Source: Candidatus Avispirillum sp. (GTDB lineage Bacteria > Bacillota > Clostridia > Oscillospirales > CAG-272). From it: 64,000 nt of DNA. Shown here piece by piece: positions 57,185 to 64,000 of the stretch; the first letter of the stretch is position 1; every line of letters starts with the position of its first letter. The DNA lies in contig JAZQUP010000021.1 in assembly GCA_045631345.1 (NCBI GenBank), forward strand, positions 39,207 through 103,206. Direction: 5' to 3'. Under the pieces are notes generated by a model, which made no database searches, was not told the DNA's origin, and saw nothing but the letters and a program-made list of their open reading frames with translations. The position numbers and the translations under genes are program-made.

Positions 57185-58558
57185 ATGAGTTTTTTTGAAC
57201 AATTCAAGGGAAAGAAAGTGACATTGCTTGGAGCAGGTGTTTCAAACAAGCCACTTGTAGCGAAGCTGAGTGAGGGCGGAGCGATAATAGAGATAAGAGA
57301 TAAGAAGACCTTGGCTGAGATGGGCGAAGCAGCAGCAGAATTTGTTGCGGCGGGAGCGAAATTTGTCAGCGGCGAGGGATATCTTGATAATATAGACGGC
57401 GACTATGTTTTCCGTTCACCCGGATTCAGACCTGACATTGAGCCCTTGCGTGCGGCGCAGGAGCGAGGCGTTAAGCTGACATCTGAAATGGAGATGTTTC
57501 TTCAAAACAGTCCCTGTCCCGTAATTGCTCTTACAGGCAGTGACGGAAAGAGCACCACAACAACTCTTGTTGCAAACATTCTCAGAGAATCGGGAATGAA
57601 CTGTTTTCTTGGCGGAAACATCGGCGAGCCTCTGCTCAACCGAATTGACGCTATGAAGGAAGACGATATAATCGCAGTTGAGCTTTCAAGCTTCCAGCTG
57701 ATGACAATAAACTCTCCCCTTACGGTTGCGGCAATCAAAAACATCACTCCCAATCATCTTAACTGGCACACAGGAATGGATGAATACATAGCGGCAAAGG
57801 CTAAAATCCTTGACGGATGCTCTGTTGCAGTTCTCAACTATGACGACGAAAATTGCAGAGCCCTTGCAGACCGCGCCGAAAACGAGGTTCTGTGGTTTTC
57901 AAGAAGTCGCCTTCCCGAAGATTTGGACGGCGCATATCTTGACGGCGACAGCCTTATGATGCGCTATAAGGGTGAGGAAACATTCATCATCAAAAAAGAA
58001 GATATACTCCTCCCCGGAGAACACAATGCCGAAAACTATGCAACAGCAGTTGCGGCAACATGGGGTAGAGCAACACTTGATGCGATCAGAAAGGTTGCAT
58101 CTGAATTTGGCGGAGTTAAGCATCGCCTCCAGCTTATTCGTCGTGAGGGTGGAATCAGCTATTATAACAGCTCTATTGACTCCTCTCCCACAAGAACAGC
58201 TGCGGCAATTTCAGCCCTTTCCTGTCCCATAAATATAATTTGCGGCGGATATGACAAAAACATTCCCTTTGAGCCTCTTGCTGATGCGCTTGTAGCTCAT
58301 GGAAATATCAAAACTGTTGTTTTGACAGGCGCAACAATGGAAAAGATAAAAGAAGCGCTTGTTAGCCACAGCGGATTTGAAGCCAGCGGAATTAAAATGA
58401 TCTGCCAGCCCGATTTCAAGGCGGCAACTATTGCGGCATCAGAAGCAGCTGAAGCAGGAGACGCAGTTCTTCTTTCTCCCGCATGCGCAAGCTTTGATGC
58501 TTTTGAAAACTTTGAAAAACGTGGCGAATATTTTGCAGAAATAGTCAGAGGTTTGTAA
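57185..58558 (+). CDS. murD: UDP-N-acetylmuramoyl-L-alanine--D-glutamate ligase
   Basis: SPG, TGSDGKSTT, GGNIG, VELSSFQL, HRLQ, LSPACASFD. Confidence 0.95.
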   Translation: MSFFEQFKGKKVTLLGAGVSNKPLVAKLSEGGAIIEIRDKKTLAEMGEAAAEFVAAGAKFVSGEGYLDNIDGDYVFRSPGFRPDIEPLRAAQERGVKLTSEMEMFLQNSPCPVIALTGSDGKSTTTTLVANILRESGMNCFLGGNIGEPLLNRIDAMKEDDIIAVELSSFQLMTINSPLTVAAIKNITPNHLNWHTGMDEYIAAKAKILDGCSVAVLNYDDENCRALADRAENEVLWFSRSRLPEDLDGAYLDGDSLMMRYKGEETFIIKKEDILLPGEHNAENYATAVAATWGRATLDAIRKVASEFGGVKHRLQLIRREGGISYYNSSIDSSPTRTAAAISALSCPINIICGGYDKNIPFEPLADALVAHGNIKTVVLTGATMEKIKEALVSHSGFEASGIKMICQPDFKAATIAASEAAEAGDAVLLSPACASFDAFENFEKRGEYFAEIVRGL

Positions 58559-59595
58559 TGTTTGATGTAAAAGAGCTAATAGAAAAGCTTTGTAATATAA
58601 TGAGCGTAACAGGCTATGAATATAAGGCGGCAGAGGAGCTTACAGCTCTTGTTTCTCCTTATTTTGACAGCTTTTACGAGGCCGTTGGCGGCTCCTATGT
58701 GGGAGTTAAGAAATGCGGCCGTGAGAATGCTCCCCGCCTTATGATAGATGCTCATTTTGATGAGATTGGAATGATCGTAACAGATATTCACGAGGGCGGA
58801 TATTTGTCATTCTCCCATATGGGTGGACTTGACAGAAGAATAATGGCGGCATCTGAGGTTTATGTTTACGGAAAAGAAAAGATATACGGAGTTATCTGCT
58901 CAAAGCCCCCTCATTTGCAGAAGCCGGGCGAATTCAAAAAGCTGCAGAAGCTGGATGAAATGCTTATTGACACAGGCTATTCAAAGGAAGAGCTTGAAAA
59001 AATAGTTTCAATCGGCGATGGAATAGGCTTTTATGAAAGAACGGAAACCCTGCTCGGCAAACGCATTTGCGGACGCAGTATGGACGACAAGGCTTGCTGT
59101 GCAGCGGCAATAATGGCGGCGGCAACTATTGAAAGAGAAAAGATGGAATGCGATCTTTATGTCACTCTCTCCTTCCGTGAGGAAGAAAGTGTGGCAGGCG
59201 GCTGCGTTGCGGCGGCATATGACATCAAGCCTGCGGCGGCTATTGTAACTGATGTTACTTTTGCTCGTTTCCCCGGAGTTGATGATTATGAAAGCGCAAA
59301 AATGGGTGAGGGCCCTGCGGTTTCTCTTTCTGCTGTAACTGACAGATATATAACAAATCGCCTTATCAAGCTGGCAGAGGGCGCAGAAATGAAGCTGCAG
59401 AGAACAGTTGACGCAACAAACACAGGAACAAACGCATCTGCCCTTACAGTTTGCGGAGATGGAATTCCCACAGCAGTTGTCAGCGTGCCCCTTTCCTGTA
59501 TGCACACATATAATGAGATCATTGATCTTGGCGATATAGAAGCAGCGGCAGAGCTTTTCAAGCTTGCGGCTTGCGATAAAGAGTTCTTTATATAG
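58558..59595 (+). CDS. M42 family aminopeptidase subunit 1
   Basis: AHFDE, MDDK, REEE, DVT, MHT. Confidence 0.9.
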   Translation: MFDVKELIEKLCNIMSVTGYEYKAAEELTALVSPYFDSFYEAVGGSYVGVKKCGRENAPRLMIDAHFDEIGMIVTDIHEGGYLSFSHMGGLDRRIMAASEVYVYGKEKIYGVICSKPPHLQKPGEFKKLQKLDEMLIDTGYSKEELEKIVSIGDGIGFYERTETLLGKRICGRSMDDKACCAAAIMAAATIEREKMECDLYVTLSFREEESVAGGCVAAAYDIKPAAAIVTDVTFARFPGVDDYESAKMGEGPAVSLSAVTDRYITNRLIKLAEGAEMKLQRTVDATNTGTNASALTVCGDGIPTAVVSVPLSCMHTYNEIIDLGDIEAAAELFKLAACDKEFFI

Positions 59596-59612
59596 GAGAG
59601 AGCGAAATAGCT

Positions 59613-60683
59613 ATGAGTAAAATTTTAGACGGAATGGAGCTTCTGCGTGCTCTCTGCCTTGAGTTTGGTCCTTCAGGCTGTGAGGGAAGAGTTGCAGAGC
59701 TTATAAAAGAAAATATTGAAGGCTCCTATGATGAGCTTATTCCCGACAGAATGGGCGGAGTTGTTGCGCTTATTAAGGGAAACGGAGCTTCTGAGGAAAG
59801 AATGATCATTTCCTCTCATATGGACGAGGTTGGCTTGATGATCCGAGAGATCAGAGACGATGGGCTTCTTTGTTTTTCATCTATGATGGGCCCCGACACA
59901 AGAGTTGTGGCAGGCAGAAGAGTTTCTGTTGGAAATGAGGGGTCTCAGATCAGGGGCGTTGTTGCGCTTAAGCCCATTCACACAGTTGGTAGAGGCGACA
60001 GAGACAAGGCTGCTGATATGGATGAGCTTTATATTGACATTGGCGCCGCATCAAAGGAAGACGCTGAAAAATATGTCAAGATAGGCGATTTTGCAACATT
60101 TGAGTCAGACTTTGTTCAGTTTGGCGAGGGCGGCAGATTGCTGAAATCAAAGGCTCTTGACGACAGACTGGGATGCGCTATTATGATCAGACTTATGCGT
60201 GAAATCTACGCAAGAAGCGAAAGGTTGCCCTTTGATTTGTATTTCGCCTTTACAGGACGTGAGGAAGTTCTTATTTCAGGAGCAAAAACAGTTGCTCACA
60301 AGATACGCCCGCACAGATCTCTTGTTTTTGAGGCAACTGCGGTTGCAGATATTTATGGTGTTTCCGAAATTTCCAAGGTTGCAGTTCGTGGAGAGGGCGG
60401 AGCAGTGTCTCTGCTTGACAGAACAACCATTTATGATAAGGAATTTACAAATCTTATTCTGGAAACTGCGCGTGAAAAGGGAATCCCCTGCCAGATAAAG
60501 AAATATGTTTCCGGTGGTAACGATTCCAGCCATATCAACCGTTCACACGAAGGCGTTAAATGCGCCGCTATCTCCGCTCCCTGCGGATATATCCACACAG
60601 CCTGCGATGTTATTGCGGCAGAAGATTATGAATCTATGTACAAGCTGGCTCTGGCTACCATAGACAAATTGGGAGGCTTTTAA
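59613..60683 (+). CDS. M42 family aminopeptidase subunit 2
   Basis: SHMDE, ALDDR, REEV, GGND, YIHT. Confidence 0.9.
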   Translation: MSKILDGMELLRALCLEFGPSGCEGRVAELIKENIEGSYDELIPDRMGGVVALIKGNGASEERMIISSHMDEVGLMIREIRDDGLLCFSSMMGPDTRVVAGRRVSVGNEGSQIRGVVALKPIHTVGRGDRDKAADMDELYIDIGAASKEDAEKYVKIGDFATFESDFVQFGEGGRLLKSKALDDRLGCAIMIRLMREIYARSERLPFDLYFAFTGREEVLISGAKTVAHKIRPHRSLVFEATAVADIYGVSEISKVAVRGEGGAVSLLDRTTIYDKEFTNLILETAREKGIPCQIKKYVSGGNDSSHINRSHEGVKCAAISAPCGYIHTACDVIAAEDYESMYKLALATIDKLGGF

Positions 60684-60685
60684 TA

Positions 60686-61672
60686 ATGCTTAATTATCTC
60701 AGAGAACTTATAAAAATCCAGTCTGTTTCAGGCTCAGAAGAAAATCTCGCCCTATATATCAAGGGCGAAATGGAAAAGTATTTTGACGATTGTGAGATAG
60801 ATGCCCTTGGCAATCTTATCTGCCACAAAGCAGGAGATGGCAAGAAGCTTCTTTTCTGCGCTCATATGGACGAGATCGGCTTTATTGTTACAACTGTTGA
60901 CGATAAGGGATTTATCCACTTTGCTCCCATCGGAGGGATTGATTTCGTTGCGGCGGCATATTCCAAGGTTGTTTTTGCAAACGGACTTCGTGGAATTATG
61001 GTGCCCGAGCAGGATCTGAAGAGCGAAGATTTCAAGGCTGAAAGATTTATTGTTGATATAGGCGCAAAGGATAAAAAGCAGGCTGAAAGACTTGTTAAGG
61101 TTGGCGACACATTTGCGCTGGAGCCCTCCTATACACGCCTTCGCGGCAACCGCATCTGCGGCAGACCTGTTGATGATAAGATAGCTTGCGCTATTCTTAT
61201 GGCAGCTGCAAAGGATGCAGATAAGTTTGAAAACGACGTTACATTTGTATTCTCCGTTCAGGAAGAAGTTGGTCTTCGTGGCTCAAAGGTTGCGGCGTTC
61301 AGATGCAGACCTGATTATGGTATTGCAATTGACGTTACAGCAACAGGCGATGCCCACGGCGCAAAGCCCATGGCAGTTTCTCTCGGTGGAGGGGCGGCAG
61401 TTAAGATCAAGGATTCCAGCGTTATCTGCGACGGCGCACTTGTTAAGAAAATGAGCGAGATTGCTGACAGCGAGGGAATCAAGTGGCAGAAAGAAGTGCT
61501 CACAGCAGGCGGAACAGACACAGCGGCTATTCAGATGGCGGCTGCAGGCTGTAAGGTTGGCGCTATTTCCGTTCCCACAAGATATATCCACACAGCCAAT
61601 GAAATGATAGACACCAACGATGCAGAGGCTTGCCTTGCTCTTGTTTGTGCTATTGCCAAAACAAAGCTTTGA
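60686..61672 (+). CDS. M42 family aminopeptidase subunit 3
   Basis: AHMDE, DDK, QEEVG, DVT, GGTD, YIHT. Confidence 0.92.
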   Translation: MLNYLRELIKIQSVSGSEENLALYIKGEMEKYFDDCEIDALGNLICHKAGDGKKLLFCAHMDEIGFIVTTVDDKGFIHFAPIGGIDFVAAAYSKVVFANGLRGIMVPEQDLKSEDFKAERFIVDIGAKDKKQAERLVKVGDTFALEPSYTRLRGNRICGRPVDDKIACAILMAAAKDADKFENDVTFVFSVQEEVGLRGSKVAAFRCRPDYGIAIDVTATGDAHGAKPMAVSLGGGAAVKIKDSSVICDGALVKKMSEIADSEGIKWQKEVLTAGGTDTAAIQMAAAGCKVGAISVPTRYIHTANEMIDTNDAEACLALVCAIAKTKL

Positions 61673-61688
61673 TTGGAATAGATTGAAA

Positions 61689-61721
61689 TAGAAAAGCAGG
61701 AGAAATTCTCCTGCTTTTCTA
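61689..61721. terminator. Bidirectional terminator
   Basis: TAGAAAAGCAGGAGA-AAT-TCTCCTGCTTTTCTA. Confidence 0.8.
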
Positions 61722-61727
61722 ATATTA

Positions 61728-62231
61728 TTAGTTTTTCAGAGCCTTCATAATCTTTTCAACAGTTTTTTCAAGAGGTGCTCTTGAGCAGTTAACTGTTATG
61801 TCGGCATATTTTTCATAAAGAGGAGATCTTTCCTCAAAAACATTGGCAAGTGTCATTCCGGGTGCCATAACTATTCCTCGGGTTTTGATATTTCTGACTC
61901 TGCGCTCAATTTCATGAAGGGGAAGCTTCAGATAAACAATCTTGCCCTGATTTTTCAGGTTTTTCATTGCATCCTCGCCGAAAACAACGCTTCCGCCTGT
62001 TGCAACAACGCAGTTTTTGAATGTAACCTGAGAAACTATTTTGTTTTCTATCTGAGAAAAGGTGTCTCTACCCTTTTCGGCTATGATCTTATAAAGCTCC
62101 TTGCCCTCTTTTTCCTGAATGAGAAGGTCTGTGTCAACAAAGCCTTTCAGCAGGGTTTTTGCAAGCAGAACGCCGAGGGTGCTTTTGCCGCATCCGGGCA
62201 TTCCTATGAGAATGATATTGTCTTTGTTCAT
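61728..62231 (-). CDS. aroK: Shikimate kinase
   Basis: LIGMPGCGKST, DTD, ATGGS, ER..LY. Confidence 0.9.
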   Translation of the reverse strand: MNKDNIILIGMPGCGKSTLGVLLAKTLLKGFVDTDLLIQEKEGKELYKIIAEKGRDTFSQIENKIVSQVTFKNCVVATGGSVVFGEDAMKNLKNQGKIVYLKLPLHEIERRVRNIKTRGIVMAPGMTLANVFEERSPLYEKYADITVNCSRAPLEKTVEKIMKALKN

Positions 62232-63004
62232 TAAAAGGGTCTCCTTATGGTGGGCTTGTCTATAGGTATTATATCGCATTCTTTAAGCAGGTCAAGAGCA
62301 ATTTTCACTTCTTTTGAGCAATTGAATGCATTAGGGGAGTGCGCATCAAGCCCCAGCACAATGCTGCAGCCTGTTTTCTTAGCTGCTTCAAAGAAGCTTT
62401 TCTTGGGATACCATCTGTTCCCCATAATTCCAAGCAGGTTGCATTCAACGGGAACATTTGCCGCCCTTGCGATTTCGCACAGGCGCAGGTGGACCTTATG
62501 AAGGACCTCCTCGTTTCCGTGGAAGTTAGGGAGATCGGGGTGTGCAAGATATGTAAACATTCCTGTTTTTAAGGCAGTTTCTATCTGTTCTGCATATTGC
62601 CAGAGCGCTTCCTCGTGGCAGGAGCTGTCGCCAAGATATTCTCCGTCGAATTCATTATTGGAAAAATGCTGTCCAAGAATAAGATAGTCGGGGCAGAAGG
62701 GGGAAATGTGCTCGCAAAGGGCGTCAAAATACTTGGGATAATATTCAACTTCAAAGCCTGAGAGAATATTTATCTTTCCATCATATTTATTCTTCAAATC
62801 GTTTATGGAATCAAAGTATTCCTTTGTTTCGTGGGACTTCATTCTGAACCAGGAATTGAAGATTCCTTCAAAGCCCGGCTGAGGAACGTGATCGGAAAAG
62901 CCTATTTCAACAAATCCGTTTTCATATGCCGCCTGAACATATTCTTCGTCTGTTCCGCTTGCGTGATTGCAGCGGGATGTATGTGTATGGTAATTATATT
63001 TCAA
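62231..63004 (-). CDS. PHP-domain histidinol-phosphatase-like protein
   Basis: NYHTHT..C.HA, SDH, LGQH, AHPD, DAH. Confidence 0.88.
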   Translation of the reverse strand: MKYNYHTHTSRCNHASGTDEEYVQAAYENGFVEIGFSDHVPQPGFEGIFNSWFRMKSHETKEYFDSINDLKNKYDGKINILSGFEVEYYPKYFDALCEHISPFCPDYLILGQHFSNNEFDGEYLGDSSCHEEALWQYAEQIETALKTGMFTYLAHPDLPNFHGNEEVLHKVHLRLCEIARAANVPVECNLLGIMGNRWYPKKSFFEAAKKTGCSIVLGLDAHSPNAFNCSKEVKIALDLLKECDIIPIDKPTIRRPF

Positions 63005-63016
63005 AAAAGCACCTTC

Positions 63017-64000
63017 TTATTTTATGTAATACATACTTGCTGTAAAGTCTACAAGCTTTGCTTCTCCTGATGCTGCAACCATATGATAGTAGTTATCGCC
63101 GGAAAGGTTGGGGTCGAGGCAATAGTAAGAGGAGTTGCCTGCCTTCAGCATAATGCAGAGAGCTTGTCCGTCCTTTGCAATAGCATAGCCTCTTGCTTCG
63201 TCTCCTACAGGCTCGGCTTCTGTGTCGGTTATGGCGATAGGGTTTCCTTCTTTGTCGTAATCAAGCTGAGCAAGGGTTCCCATACTTTTTCCTGTAATAG
63301 TAAGCTGACTTACGTCGCAAGCGTATAGCTGAGCGCATATATCTGCCATTTCGCCTGCTTCATCAACATAGAAGCCTGCTTCGTAAGCTCCGTTGCTATC
63401 TTTTATTGTTTTATATACGCCGATACATCCATTGTCTATGTACCAAACTCCGTCAGAGGAGAATGCTATATAAGCAGCAGATGAGTCACCGCTTTGCGCA
63501 GCGTATGTAGTGCAGGAAATGCCTTGAATAGTTGCTGTTCCTTCGGTTAAGGCTACGGTTGCGCCACCAGAAAGGGCATTTGAAATATTCTGTGCGATGG
63601 CGTCAGCGTTGGCGATGGAAACAGACACGGGCTCAAGGGTCAGGGATTCCGTGAAATTATAAACAGAGGTAACAACTCCGAAAATTCCGCAATCAAGTGT
63701 GCCTGTAACAGTTGTTCCGTCCTCGGAAACAACGGGGTTGTTTATATTTCTGTAGCTGTTTATGGCTTTATATTTCTTTTCTGTTTTATTCCAAAGCCAC
63801 AGGTTGTATTTTGCTCCGATTTCGTTTTCGGAGAAAACAGTTGAGATGTCGTTTGCTCCGTCTCCGTTTATATCCTTAATGTTAAGGCTTTCTATAGCAC
63901 CTGACTCTGCAGAGTTATATTCAAGAACCTGCAAAGCTTCTCCGGTACCGCTGTTATCCCATAGAGTGATGGTGCCAGTGTCAAGAGCATATAGCAGTTT
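63017..64000 (-). CDS. Hypothetical protein, 5' end probably outside window
   Basis: ORF of at least 305 aa approaching the window edge; DINGDG Ca-loop-like motif. Confidence 0.55.
   Translation of the reverse strand, partial: KLLYALDTGTITLWDNSGTGEALQVLEYNSAESGAIESLNIKDINGDGANDISTVFSENEIGAKYNLWLWNKTEKKYKAINSYRNINNPVVSEDGTTVTGTLDCGIFGVVTSVYNFTESLTLEPVSVSIANADAIAQNISNALSGGATVALTEGTATIQGISCTTYAAQSGDSSAAYIAFSSDGVWYIDNGCIGVYKTIKDSNGAYEAGFYVDEAGEMADICAQLYACDVSQLTITGKSMGTLAQLDYDKEGNPIAITDTEAEPVGDEARGYAIAKDGQALCIMLKAGNSSYYCLDPNLSGDNYYHMVAASGEAKLVDFTASMYYIK

Overview
Chromosomal window from a Clostridia-type Firmicute (Oscillospiraceae/Ruminococcaceae-like gene content; no tRNA, rRNA, CRISPR array, integrase or transposase seen). 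Housekeeping blocks (serS, cysE, cysS, rimP-nusA-ylxR-ylxQ-infB, addAB, queG-like, G3E GTPases, nfnAB, murD, three M42 peptidases, aroK) alternate with accessory blocks, including a 2673-aa LRR/Ig/Cys-His-repeat/dockerin surface protein and GH127/GH20/acyltransferase genes. The standout is 45.6-54.7 kb, directly downstream of the conserved GGGtGRT-protein gene. Five diverged copies of that gene's last codons, four with a terminator and some with a promoter, separate unrelated cargo. The cargo is a WYL-gene remnant plus an immunity-like gene, a six-hairpin glycosidase, a GC-rich GH3, a MuF-like/barnase toxin interrupted by an in-frame TGA with two barstars, and a GLUG-dockerin protein. The copies keep the C-terminal reading frame (MTVAVAxAxxxASK*). 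This looks like an integrase-free cassette array accreted at a protein-gene 3' end. A dispersed AAGGAGATGC-loop-GCATCTCCTT palindrome family marks the ends of accessory blocks. All family calls come from reading motifs by eye; no searches were run.
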